DNA of 64,000 nt from a virus. Taxonomy: Duplodnaviria > Heunggongvirae > Uroviricota > Caudoviricetes. The stretch lies in IMG/VR virus record IMGVR_UViG_2724679073_000003; one strand, written 5' to 3'. Positions 51,439 through 61,400 of the stretch are shown in pieces; the stretch's first letter is position 1; each line of letters opens with the position of its first letter. The translations under genes and the position numbers were made by a program. The notes beneath the pieces are model-generated. The model saw nothing but the letters and a program-made list of their open reading frames with translations. It was not told the origin of the DNA and did not search any database.

Positions 51439-52290
51439 TTATTGCGCGCTTTCGGGGTTGTCGTTTACTGGCTGCCCCTTCTTGGTTTTACGGCTGCGCG
51501 TAACTGATGCGGCTGATTTGACCTTTTTCTCTTCGCGAGTGATGGCAATTTGTTTTTTTACATTTTCAATATCTGCCAGGCGATATATTTTTGCTTGCGG
51601 CCAGCGGTCGCAGATGATCGGTTCTATGGAGTCATAAAGGCTAAATTTTGCTTTTTCGAATTCACCGTTGATGATAATTCCATCACGGAGAGTTTCATCG
51701 CAGATAAACACGCCACACAGCGGCACATGGTAACTAACTGATTTACCGTTATTGTAGTTAGGACTACTGGAGATGTAGTGAACGCGCAGCATTGTTTCGC
51801 TAAAGCCGTGTACGCGCATACGGAATTTTTCATCCTCCGGGTACTGCTTCATTAGCTCTTTTGTTGCTTCCAGGTTCTCTATGTATTTCGCACTGTGCTC
51901 ATTGAACCCCGCGCTTTTTTGGATGCGAATGTCCTTATCAATCAGATGAATAATGCGGCCAGCGGTCATGTTGACGCTGTTCACAGCTTCTGTCTGATAA
52001 GTTGTAACCTTGCGCACACCGCGAAGGATGTTAGGCACTGGATATAAAATAGTCTTTGGGATATTGAGGTCTGGGTACTGTTCCAGTTCCCGCGCCATTA
52101 AAGTCCATTTATCAATTTCAGCCTGAATGCTGTCAGTTTCTTTGAACGGTAGAACGACAACCGGGCGTACAGGACGACCGTCGCTGGCTGTATCAACGTG
52201 TTGGGCGCGTGCAACAGCTTTTTTTAGAAAGAGATCCCTGAAGCTGACGAACTCCTGGTACAGTTGTTCGCCGTAGACATAATTTATCAT
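51439..52290 (-). CDS. c1: C1 repressor of lysis, 283 aa
   Basis: Begins MINYVYGEQLYQEFVSFRDLFLKK..., recognised as P1 C1; same length. Confidence 0.95.
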   Translation of the reverse strand: MINYVYGEQLYQEFVSFRDLFLKKAVARAQHVDTASDGRPVRPVVVLPFKETDSIQAEIDKWTLMARELEQYPDLNIPKTILYPVPNILRGVRKVTTYQTEAVNSVNMTAGRIIHLIDKDIRIQKSAGFNEHSAKYIENLEATKELMKQYPEDEKFRMRVHGFSETMLRVHYISSSPNYNNGKSVSYHVPLCGVFICDETLRDGIIINGEFEKAKFSLYDSIEPIICDRWPQAKIYRLADIENVKKQIAITREEKKVKSAASVTRSRKTKKGQPVNDNPESAQ

Positions 52291-52384
52291 TGATCCTCCT
52301 CCAGAATTGACATGGTCAATAACGCCCGGCTGAGAAAACCGGTCATTACTGACCTATATTATAGAGGGATCAAACAAAAATAAT

Positions 52385-52401
52385 AGATTTATTAGTGCAT
52401 T
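52385..52401 (-). promoter_or_regulatory. C1 operator between coi and c1
   Basis: Reverse complement AAATGCACTAATAAATC, 14/17. Confidence 0.55.
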
Positions 52402-52610
52402 TATTGTGAGTCTAACTGGTTAGTTGCCATGAGATATTCGATTGTGTCAGTGAGGTCATCCAGGTCGTCTTGGGTGATGCGGTACTCCTGATTGGATATC
52501 TTTGAGTAGTGTTCAGCAATGGCGCGGGCAGCGTCGGTTTCGGCAGGGTCTACAGATAAAGCGTTAGAGCAATATCTAACGTCGTCGATGGTTGGTTGAA
52601 TGAAAGCCAT
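52401..52610 (-). CDS. coi: C1 inactivator Coi, 69 aa
   Basis: 69-aa acidic ORF immediately upstream of c1, co-oriented. Confidence 0.85.
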   Translation of the reverse strand: MAFIQPTIDDVRYCSNALSVDPAETDAARAIAEHYSKISNQEYRITQDDLDDLTDTIEYLMATNQLDSQ

Positions 52611-52848
52611 AATTATGCCTCACTGTATTGACAACACAGAGCCTGAAGCTCTGACCTACTGTTTCACCCATGATCCATGCTGGGGTAATCTAACAACATT
52701 GCGCTGTGTGTAAGATGAGCAATGCATAGCTGTAATGCCGTTGTATAAGGTTTCCCTGTTTGCTCATTTCCTTCTGAGCCGCTCTACAACGCTGAAGACA
52801 CATTAAATAGTGAATCCAAAGTCGTATTACGTAACGGCGGCAAAACTA

Positions 52849-52865
52849 TAATTTATTAGAGCAAT
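52849..52865 (-). promoter_or_regulatory. C1 operator (Op99 cluster)
   Basis: Reverse complement ATTGCTCTAATAAATTA, 16/17. Confidence 0.65.
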
Positions 52866-52930
52866 TGTCAAACAACTATGAAAAACAATCCAGTTTTTGG
52901 CTGGTGGAGTGGGATTTTTCTCTCAAAATT

Positions 52931-52947
52931 TATTGCTCTAATAGTTC
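52931..52947 (+). promoter_or_regulatory. C1 operator (Op99 cluster)
   Basis: ATTGCTCTAATAGTTCT, 14/17. Confidence 0.55.
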
Positions 52948-52990
52948 TTGATCTTTATGCGCAGCTGGACGTAAACTGCTCTTCAGACCT

Positions 52991-53024
52991 AATAACTTCG
53001 TATAGCATACATTATACGAAGTTA
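52991..53024 (+). other. loxP: loxP recombination site
   Basis: Exact ATAACTTCGTATAGCATACATTATACGAAGTTAT. Confidence 0.97.
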
Positions 53025-53039
53025 TCTTAAGGGTTATTG

Positions 53040-53120
53040 AACATGATCAATTTACCTGTAAATCCATACAGTTCAATACCTTATCAGGTCAAATAGTGAT
53101 CACTTGATCATTTGATCAAG
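53040..53120 (+). promoter_or_regulatory. GATC-rich cre promoter region
   Basis: Four GATC sites at 53044, 53098, 53105 and 53113. Confidence 0.5.
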
Positions 53121-53443
53121 GTTGCGCTACGTAAAATCTGCGAAATGTTGGCAGTGTTAGTGCTCCAGATTTCGCGTAGCGCACTTAGCACCACCAATCA
53201 ATCAGAGGTGAAAAATGGGATATTCAGCTGCTAAAGTGTCCACTCATCTTGAGCTTGAGAAAAACCGTGGTTACTGGCGGGCAAAAGGGTTTGATCGTGA
53301 TAGTTGTCAACTGTCATTATCGCGCGGTGAAGAGAAAATAGAACGCACGCGCGGTCGCTGGCGTTTCTATGACGAGAACCATAAACAGGTAAAGGCAGAG
53401 CCGATCCTGTACACTTTACTTAAAACCATTATCTGAGTGTTAA

Positions 53444-54475
53444 ATGTCCAATTTACTGACCGTACACCAAAATTTGCCTGCATTACCGGTCGATGCAACG
53501 AGTGATGAGGTTCGCAAGAACCTGATGGACATGTTCAGGGATCGCCAGGCGTTTTCTGAGCATACCTGGAAAATGCTTCTGTCCGTTTGCCGGTCGTGGG
53601 CGGCATGGTGCAAGTTGAATAACCGGAAATGGTTTCCCGCAGAACCTGAAGATGTTCGCGATTATCTTCTATATCTTCAGGCGCGCGGTCTGGCAGTAAA
53701 AACTATCCAGCAACATTTGGGCCAGCTAAACATGCTTCATCGTCGGTCCGGGCTGCCACGACCAAGTGACAGCAATGCTGTTTCACTGGTTATGCGGCGG
53801 ATTCGAAAAGAAAACGTTGATGCCGGTGAACGTGCAAAACAGGCATTGGCGTTCGAACGCACTGATTTCGACCAGGTTCGTTCACTCATGGGAAATAGCG
53901 ATCGCTGCCAGGATATACGGAATCTGGCATTTCTGGGGATTGCTTATAACACCCTGTTACGTATAGCCGAAATTGCCAGGATCAGGGTTAAAGATATCTC
54001 ACGTACTGACGGTGGGAGAATGTTAATCCATATTGGCAGAACGAAAACGCTGGTTAGCACCGCAGGTGTAGAGAAGGCACTTAGCCTGGGGGTAACTAAA
54101 CTGGTCGAGCGATGGATTTCTGTCTCTGGTGTGGCTGATGATCCGAATAACTACCTGTTTTGCCGTGTCAGAAAAAATGGTGTTGCCGCGCCATCTGCCA
54201 CCAGCCAGCTATCAACTCGCGCTCTGGAAGGGATTTTTGAAGCAACTCATCGATTGATTTACGGCGCTAAGGATGACTCTGGGCAGAGATACCTGGCCTG
54301 GTCTGGACACAGTGCCCGTGTCGGAGCCGCGCGAGATATGGCCCGCGCCGGAGTTTCAATACCGGAGATCATGCAAGCTGGTGGCTGGACCAACGTAAAT
54401 ATTGTCATGAACTATATCCGTAACCTGGATAGTGAAACAGGGGCAATGGTGCGCCTGCTGGAAGATGGCGATTAG
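53444..54475 (+). CDS. cre: Cre tyrosine recombinase, 343 aa
   Basis: Begins MSNLLTVHQNLPALPVDATSDEVRKNLMDMFRDRQAFSEHTWKMLLSVCRSWAAWCKLNNRKWFPAEPEDVRDYLLYLQARGLAVKTIQQHLGQLNMLHRRSGLPRPSDSNAVSLVMRRIRKENVDAGERAKQALAFERTDF, recognised as Cre. Confidence 0.97.
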   Translation: MSNLLTVHQNLPALPVDATSDEVRKNLMDMFRDRQAFSEHTWKMLLSVCRSWAAWCKLNNRKWFPAEPEDVRDYLLYLQARGLAVKTIQQHLGQLNMLHRRSGLPRPSDSNAVSLVMRRIRKENVDAGERAKQALAFERTDFDQVRSLMGNSDRCQDIRNLAFLGIAYNTLLRIAEIARIRVKDISRTDGGRMLIHIGRTKTLVSTAGVEKALSLGVTKLVERWISVSGVADDPNNYLFCRVRKNGVAAPSATSQLSTRALEGIFEATHRLIYGAKDDSGQRYLAWSGHSARVGAARDMARAGVSIPEIMQAGGWTNVNIVMNYIRNLDSETGAMVRLLEDGD

Positions 54476-54492
54476 CCATTAACGCGTAAATG

Positions 54493-54509
54493 ATTGCTCT
54501 AATTCTTTG
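54493..54509 (+). promoter_or_regulatory. C1 operator-like site upstream of cra
   Basis: ATTGCTCTAATTCTTTG, first 11 positions match. Confidence 0.45.
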
Positions 54510-54525
54510 ATATTTATGGTGACAT

Positions 54526-54837
54526 ATGAGAAAGGATTTCAACATCGACGGAAAATATGTAGTGCTGTCTGTAAGCACTAATATTCAGTCGCCAGCCGTC
54601 ATTGTCACTGTAAAGCTGAGCGATAGAATGCCTGATATTGATTCAATATCCGTTGCGTTCCCTGTCAAAAGTATGCGTGGTGCTGAACATTTCGTGATGA
54701 ATGCCACCGAGGAAGAAGCACGGCGCGGTTTTGCTAAAGTGATGTCTGAGTTTGGCGAATTTTTGGGGCACGTTGACAAAGCCCTCTCAATCAGTTCAGC
54801 AAGGTCCAAAGCGTTAACAGCTTCCATGATGAAATAA
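54526..54837 (+). CDS. cra: Cre-associated protein
   Basis: 103-aa ORF directly downstream of cre. Confidence 0.55.
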   Translation: MRKDFNIDGKYVVLSVSTNIQSPAVIVTVKLSDRMPDIDSISVAFPVKSMRGAEHFVMNATEEEARRGFAKVMSEFGEFLGHVDKALSISSARSKALTASMMK

Positions 54838-54967
54838 AAAAAGCCTGGCAAGGAGCCAGGCTGCACAAAAGAGCGGGTTTGTATTCCGCATCCAATCAAT
54901 CAAGAAGGAGTATAGCACACAGGTACTGAAGTGAAAAAATGTGATTCGCGATAAATAAACAACTTTA

Positions 54968-54997
54968 ATTGCTCTAATTGATTGCTATAATTGAGTC
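54968..54997 (+). promoter_or_regulatory. Tandem overlapping C1 operators upstream of ref (Op2-like)
   Basis: ATTGCTCTAATTGATTGCTATAATTG. Confidence 0.6.
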
Positions 54998-55083
54998 GCA
55001 GTTTTTGTCAACTACGAAGACGTTGCCATTACTTCACTCCTTGACATCATAGGCGGCCATTAGGCCGCCTTTTTTTTGACCAT

Positions 55084-55644
55084 ATGAAAACAATCGAACA
55101 AAAAATTGAACAGTGCCGCAAGTGGCAGAAGGCAGCCAGAGAACGAGCGATCGCTCGGCAACGGGAGAAGTTGGCTGATCCGGTCTGGCGAGAATCTCAA
55201 TATCAGAAAATGCGGGATACTATCGACCGCCGTATCGCTAAACAGAAAGAGCGCCCACCAGCCAGCAAAACGCGGAAAAGCGCGGTAAAAATAAAATCTC
55301 GTGGCTTGAAGGGGAGAACACCAACGGCGGAGGAACGGCGCATCGCCAATGCTCTTGGCACTCTCCCCTGCATTGCCTGCTATATGCATGGAGTAATATC
55401 TAATGAGGTGTCTCTGCACCATATCGCCGGTCGTACCGCGCCGGGTTGTCATAAAAAGCAATTGCCACTTTGTAGATGGCACCACCAGCATGCAGCACCG
55501 GCTGAAGTAAGAGCAAAATACCCCTGGCTGGTCCCTGTTCATGCCGATGGTGTGGTTGGAGGCAAGAAAGAATTCACCCTGCTGAACAAGTCAGAGATGG
55601 AGTTACTGGCTGACGCCTATGAGATGGCAAACATCATGCACTAA
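55084..55644 (+). CDS. ref: Ref recombination enhancement HNH endonuclease, 186 aa
   Basis: HNH-like CIACYMHGVISNEVSLHHIAGR ... CRWHHQ; length equals P1 Ref. Confidence 0.8.
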   Translation: MKTIEQKIEQCRKWQKAARERAIARQREKLADPVWRESQYQKMRDTIDRRIAKQKERPPASKTRKSAVKIKSRGLKGRTPTAEERRIANALGTLPCIACYMHGVISNEVSLHHIAGRTAPGCHKKQLPLCRWHHQHAAPAEVRAKYPWLVPVHADGVVGGKKEFTLLNKSEMELLADAYEMANIMH

Positions 55645-55833
55645 TAAATATATTATTTTTAATGATAAATGATTGACAACTGACAAGTGACTTCAGTCAG
55701 AATCATCACATGCCCGGTACGGATGGATCCCTTTTCAAATATTCCATGGACGGCACAGTCTGAGTACCGGGCGCTACCTTCAGTTGTATTGCTAAGCCGC
55801 CGCTGGTGGCTTTTCTTTTTTGTAGGGGGCGCT

Positions 55834-56475
55834 ATGGATAAGAAAATATGCGTTGTTTCGATGAGCGTCGGCAAACCGGCGTCAATGACTGCTGCATGGA
55901 TCAATAACGAGCTGATAATGGCTGAGCGGACCAGCTACCCTGAACGCCGCCGCGATATGGAACTCCAGCTGCTGCGCGAATTGCGAGAAAAAGAGGAAAA
56001 GGGTTTTATCGTGCTGGTGGAAGAGGAAAACAGCTTTATTACTGGTCGAGTTGGCCAGCGTGTAAGGTTGCGCGATCCCTTCATGAACGGCAGGCCGGTA
56101 CTGATTGAAGCAATGCAGATTTACAAGGAGCTGGAACGCCAGAAAGCAATCAAGTTACCGCGCAAGGAATCCGGCAAATACATTCTCCACCAAAGCATCT
56201 TCGATTCCGAACACGATAAAAAAGGCGATGAATTTTTCAACATCAACTGGAGCGAAATAACGACAGAGCATGTTCTGACGTTACTATGTTGCTTTGCGAC
56301 GGAATACAACAACGTTGCCAGCGCCGACTACATCAGGGCAATGGCTGGAGAAGTTGAGGCCCGCCAAGAACCATCGTTACTAAGTCCACTGATTAACATA
56401 ATTCTGGGCACCCAGATACTGGAACAAAAAAAAGTGCCGAAAGGGGTATTAACAGGCAAGCATAATTATTTTTAA
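55834..56475 (+). CDS. Hypothetical protein at the P1 mat position
   Basis: RBS AGGGGGCG before ATG 55834. Confidence 0.45.
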   Translation: MDKKICVVSMSVGKPASMTAAWINNELIMAERTSYPERRRDMELQLLRELREKEEKGFIVLVEEENSFITGRVGQRVRLRDPFMNGRPVLIEAMQIYKELERQKAIKLPRKESGKYILHQSIFDSEHDKKGDEFFNINWSEITTEHVLTLLCCFATEYNNVASADYIRAMAGEVEARQEPSLLSPLINIILGTQILEQKKVPKGVLTGKHNYF

Positions 56476-56568
56476 CAATTACATACAGTAATTTTGTGGT
56501 TACATTCTCCATTGATTTTCTAACCGCTTTATCATTAGATGTAACAGCATGTAAATCATTTAAAATGG

Positions 56569-57705
56569 ATGAAAGCAATGGGGAATGAAGTTTATCAAAG
56601 TCAAAAATGCAAGTTGAAATATTCAAAATCTCAAATTGATAGGGCTGCTCAATTGATAAGGCACGGGTGTAGTGACGAAGAAAGGCAGCAATCTATTGAA
56701 ATGATACAAAATTTCCGTGAGCTGCATCTTTATCCATTAATGCTCATGAAAAATCATTTAGCAAGAGCAGCTGCTAAGGTTGACAAGGACAAAAAGATTC
56801 TCGTTGCAAGAAGACTTAAGCGACTTTCTACCATAATAGATAAACTAGAGCGTCCTAGTCTTGATGGAGGCAGAACTAGCAATGCAATTAAATTAACACG
56901 GATGCAGGACGTTGGCGGATGTAGGGCCATTGTCAGAAACTTAGACCAGTTGATACAGCTAAAGGAACGTCTTTTAAAAAGCAAATCTGTTCATAGGATT
57001 GTTAAAGAGTATGATTATCTTACTCCCAAAGACAGCGGCTATAGTGGAATCCACCTTGCATACAGTTGCTTCGATCAGAAAGAGGATCAATATCCGTGGC
57101 GAAAAACAAAGATTGAGATACAGTTAAGAACTCAATTGCAGCATGCTTGGGCTACTAGCCTTGAAATAATTGATACCCTTGAAGGTATCAAGCTGAAAAC
57201 TTCAAGTGAAGGGCATCCAGAATGGAGACGATTTTTCTATCTAGCCGGATGTCTTGTAGCGCACGACGAAAAAGCCTGCACTCTTGATGAGCTAGTTGTA
57301 TCTCAGTATGAAGGCGAGCTTAAAGAGCTGGAACGGACTTTATCTGTACGGAGGAAACTAAGCACATACACCATCGCCTTAAATTTAACTTCTGACGCGA
57401 ATTTGATTAAGAAGTTGCCAAAAAATCATAAGGGGCATTACTTAGTAACAATGAGAAATGCAGAAAACAAGCCCAATACAAAAAACAAAAAAATGTTCCT
57501 AGTGTCTGTTCGCGCATTTAAAACAAAAGAAGCAGATGAAGCCCTTGAGGCCTTAAATAAAGACGATTCTAATCCTAATGTATTGATATCTGTTCTCGTT
57601 GCTACAGATAACATTAAGTCACTAAAAAAAGCCTACCCCAACTATTTTGGCTCAACAAACCAGTTTACAAAATTCTTAGATAAGCATCTTCGTAACGAAG
57701 GATAG
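56569..57705 (+). CDS. RelA/SpoT-family nucleotidyltransferase (toxSAS/CapRel-like), 378 aa
   Basis: Synthetase-domain motifs DVGGCRAIV, GYSGIHLAY, EIQLRTQLQHAWATSLE; visibly AT-rich coding sequence; no adjacent co-oriented partner gene. Confidence 0.75.
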   Translation: MKAMGNEVYQSQKCKLKYSKSQIDRAAQLIRHGCSDEERQQSIEMIQNFRELHLYPLMLMKNHLARAAAKVDKDKKILVARRLKRLSTIIDKLERPSLDGGRTSNAIKLTRMQDVGGCRAIVRNLDQLIQLKERLLKSKSVHRIVKEYDYLTPKDSGYSGIHLAYSCFDQKEDQYPWRKTKIEIQLRTQLQHAWATSLEIIDTLEGIKLKTSSEGHPEWRRFFYLAGCLVAHDEKACTLDELVVSQYEGELKELERTLSVRRKLSTYTIALNLTSDANLIKKLPKNHKGHYLVTMRNAENKPNTKNKKMFLVSVRAFKTKEADEALEALNKDDSNPNVLISVLVATDNIKSLKKAYPNYFGSTNQFTKFLDKHLRNEG

Positions 57706-57713
57706 TTGCTTAA

Positions 57714-57738
57714 TTTTGCCCGGTAATTCCGGGCAAAA
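57714..57738. terminator. Bidirectional terminator hairpin
   Basis: TTTTGCCCGG-TAATT-CCGGGCAAAA. Confidence 0.65.
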
Positions 57739-57741
57739 TTG

Positions 57742-57990
57742 TCAATCTGCATTCAGGAGCAATGCGTTATCTATGATGATCTGCTCCCATTCTTCGAATG
57801 CCCGATCGCGGACGCCCTGGGGAACACTGTTAGTTTTGAAATCGACCACCGTCCGCCATTTCCCGTCCGGGCGGTACATGCGCAGAGCTTTACTTCCCCC
57901 TTCCCTGCGCACCTCAACGTTATGCTTATCAGCAAACTCTTGTAATGCTCGTAGCGTCCCATGCTTTACTGTGTAGTATCGCTTTTTCAA
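57742..57990 (-). CDS. Small protein, 82 aa, with HicA-like GS(K)-x-P-x-G-x-TV motif (uncertain)
   Basis: GGSKALRMYRPDGKWRTVVDF; ATGA overlap with upstream gene. Confidence 0.45.
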   Translation of the reverse strand: MKKRYYTVKHGTLRALQEFADKHNVEVRREGGSKALRMYRPDGKWRTVVDFKTNSVPQGVRDRAFEEWEQIIIDNALLLNAD

Positions 57991-58427
57991 GTTTTCTCTC
58001 CAGCCTGTGCCAAGGCTTCAACTTCCAAATCGTAAGACTCAAACTCATAGTCCTGGTCGTCAACTTCTTCAGGCACTGGCAGTAAATGCCAGGCTGAGTA
58101 TATCTGACCATTATCAAAACGCTCCTGGCTGTAGAGCGTCGCGGCTATGAGTGTTAGCGCCGGGCGGTCATAACGGTAAATTTTGCGAACGTCACGGTCA
58201 ACGAGACGACCGAAATTACCATAACCGCGCTCCAGTAATAATTTTTTAATTTCCGGCCAGTATGGACCATAGCTGCGGTACAGGCGGGGATTTTTCAGTA
58301 ATCGCCCGCGTAGCCCTGACAGGAAGAAATCAACGTATTCGTCTTCTGTCTTTCCTAACAACGCTGTACGGAGTACCGCCTCAAGATATGTTTTATTCGG
58401 TTTTATTGTATCAGATAGTGTGGCCAT
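57987..58427 (-). CDS. Hypothetical protein, 146 aa, downstream of darB
   Basis: Translationally coupled to the 82-aa gene. Confidence 0.45.
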   Translation of the reverse strand: MATLSDTIKPNKTYLEAVLRTALLGKTEDEYVDFFLSGLRGRLLKNPRLYRSYGPYWPEIKKLLLERGYGNFGRLVDRDVRKIYRYDRPALTLIAATLYSQERFDNGQIYSAWHLLPVPEEVDDQDYEFESYDLEVEALAQAGEKT

Positions 58428-58460
58428 ATTATGCGACGCCCGGCGAACCGGGCGCTCCTG

Positions 58461-61400
58461 TTATGCGTATTGTTGGATGACGGCCAGAACGTCCGCCACG
58501 TTGTGTTTTGTCTCGATAATCCACCAGTTACCTGGGAAGTCGCTGTTCTTCGCCTTCGCTGGCAACCAGCGAGCGCCGAATTTCGCCTTGATTGCGTCTT
58601 TCGCACGGAAAAGAACCCCTTTCATGCCGGAGGCTTCCTGAAGCCCAAATACCTCGCCAGCGGCGAATTTTGGTGCGTACATCATCTTCAGGTCGGCGGT
58701 GGATACGCGATAATTCAGACCAAGAGACTGAGCTATGCTGGTGGCATCACCCTGTATTGATGATAACTCTTCTTGTTTCTCGTTTCTGGCGGCAATTTCT
58801 TCCTCCGTGATGTTGCCAAGGGCCAGGTTTATCCGATCAGCGTCTGCCTGTTTCTCTTCATCGGTGCGCCCGGCAAGTACCGTGTTAATTCTGTGCAATA
58901 TCTCCACATGATTCTTGCGCATGCTGAGCAATTCCGGCGTAACCTCGTTAAGGTCCACCAGCCCAAGGATGGCAAGGTCGGAAAACATTGATACCAGGTT
59001 GTAGGTCATGCGATAGCTGAGTTGACCATAGGCTGATGGCAACTTCACCGCATCCATTTGATAGGCATCCATAAATTTAGAGCCGTCGTTTACGACATCC
59101 GCAATTGCCGGTGTGATTTTCCCTGTGGTGGCGGCCTCCCTGATTGCTGTTACCCACGATTGAGTCAGCGCGGCGACTGCATGATTCAGATTGGCTTTCC
59201 GTTCTGCTGCAATGCGCGCGCTTGCTGCGTCCATTGTCTGCTTGATCTCGTCTTTATTGCTGTAAATGCCAATGGTGCCAAACTGTGCTGTGGTGATCTC
59301 ATAATCTGACGCCCGGAACTCATTGGTACCGAAAATGGCATTGGTGACTTCAAGTTCAGAATCCCCGTTACGAGTAGCCCCCTGGCTTGTTTTTTCCGGC
59401 ATTCTGGCGATCGCATCCGCTATTTTCTCCTGAATTGCTTCAGGGGATAGCGTATCTCCGTATGACGCGATTACATCGCCATAATTGGAGCCAAACAGTT
59501 CAACCAGGAATGTTTCTGCCGAACGGATCTGGCGGTTATTCCCTTCCGACATCATACCAAGCACCCATTTTGCAATTGACGACTTCAGCGCGCTGTCACG
59601 GCGATCCGGGTAAACCGCATGCTTCAGTGGGTCCGTATAGGTACCAACAAAATCAATGCTATAGCCTGACTCTGTAGTCTGAACGCCGTATGAGTCAGTG
59701 ATTTTGATCATGCCGCGCTGCTGGAAACGGTAGAAATCGTCACAGGAAACGATGTCGTTAATCCCGGCGATGGAGACGCCACCACTGATTTTCTGCATAA
59801 CAGCATCTTCATCGGGAGTTACATCAACCTGTTTATCCAGCGTCTTCACATCCCAGTTACCCGATTTGGTGCCTTTGAAGGTAAAGATGATCTCCACGTC
59901 TGCGCGCTGGCTGTCGAAGTCCAGCGACTTAATGCGAACAATATCACCGGCACAATCATAGTATTGGCCTACACGCCATGAGCGATCGCCGATAACAAGG
60001 AACTCATTCGCATGGTTAACCAGATCAGGATCAACATCCAGAATGCCTTTATTTATTGCATCCTCCACCAGCGGGCGCAGGCGTTTGATATCCGTCGCGG
60101 CCTTCTGAGTACGGTTCAATAATTTCTCATAGCGGGAGATGGCCTGAGAGATATTAGCCTTGCGCTGAATGGCGCTTTTCAACGACGCGCGATACTGTGC
60201 TAACAACATACGGTCTGTGTGATGGACGCTACCCCAGCGGGCTTTCCAGTCTGCGTTATCAGCTGCTTTGGCCATTACCGCCTGTTTGAATTTGGCGACG
60301 TCGGCGGTGGTCTTTTCAAGTTCCGCTTTGCTTCTCTCCAATTCAGCGGTAAGTACCTCCACATCCTCACCAGCTGCGTGCTGCGCCTTGATGTAGTTCT
60401 GAAGGTCGATAGTAGCCTGTTCTTTCTGGCGAGCGCGTTTCGCAGCTTTCGCCTTATCCATTTGAACCTGCATCATTGCCAGACGTTCGCCGTCATCCTT
60501 CGCGGTATACATCTGCATTTCGATCATATCGTTGGCGTCGGCGTTCTCCATTTCTGACTTATCTGAACGGAGGATATCGGAGATCCAGCCTGCTTTACGC
60601 TTCAGCGTCTTCAGTCGGTATTCATCGAAAGACCCCTTGCCGCAGTAGTAGTGAACGCGAACGCTTGCACGGTTGGAGCCAACTCGGGCACCGCGACCGT
60701 TTCGTTGCGCAATACTGGCTGGAGTCCATGGCAACGTCAGATGATGGATGTCAGTCGTTCCTCGATGCAGGTTGATACCCACCTCTGCCTTTTTGTTGCA
60801 GATGATGATCGGAGTCCGGCCCTCCTGGAAGTCGGCTGCAATCTTTTCCAGACCGCCCAACGACATTTCATTTTGCTGCGCGATATAGGCGTCATACAGA
60901 GCCATTTGCTCGTTGTATTTCGCTATCTGTGCATCTGTTGGTTCATCCGGTAACTCTTTCGGCGGTTTAACCGCTTTCAGTTTCTTACCGGTTTTACCTG
61001 CCTCGGCAACCGTCTGAGCATTCAGTATCCCCACCTTTGAAGGTTCAAGGTTAAGAGCATTGCAGATAATGCGCTTGAGCTTCTGGTGCTGCGTTTTTTC
61101 ATCGGTGAAGATGATTTGCTTACCTTCCGGGAAAAACTCCTTCAGCGTGGCAATCAGCTTCGCGTATTTGGGCGTAACGGGGTGAGTTACGGTCTGTTCG
61201 TCAATGCCAAACCTGGCCAGGCGCTTATTCACTTCCTGCTCGAACGCTTCCGGAACCTGCAACTGAATAAACTCGCCCTTATCTATCAGGGAGTATTGCG
61301 ATTGCTGCGTGATTGAATCATCACTGTCGTCGTCTTCGCTGGTGGCTTGTTTAGGCAAACTGTCCGCCAGCTGCTGCACCGCATCGGCGTACTCCGGCAG

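Noticed and set aside
53215-53436. 73-aa ORF between loxP and cre
   Set aside because: Lies in the GATC-rich cre promoter region, no convincing RBS; in P1 this interval is regulatory as recalled.
54526-55084. Apparent absence of hot/lxc between cra and ref compared with my memory of P1
   Set aside because: I cannot reliably recall the P1 order here, and a theta homolog is present at 43752; not reported as a finding.
55637-55653. Possible C1 operator at the ref stop (ATGCACTAATAAATATA)
   Set aside because: Only ~13/17 match; too weak to call without binding data.
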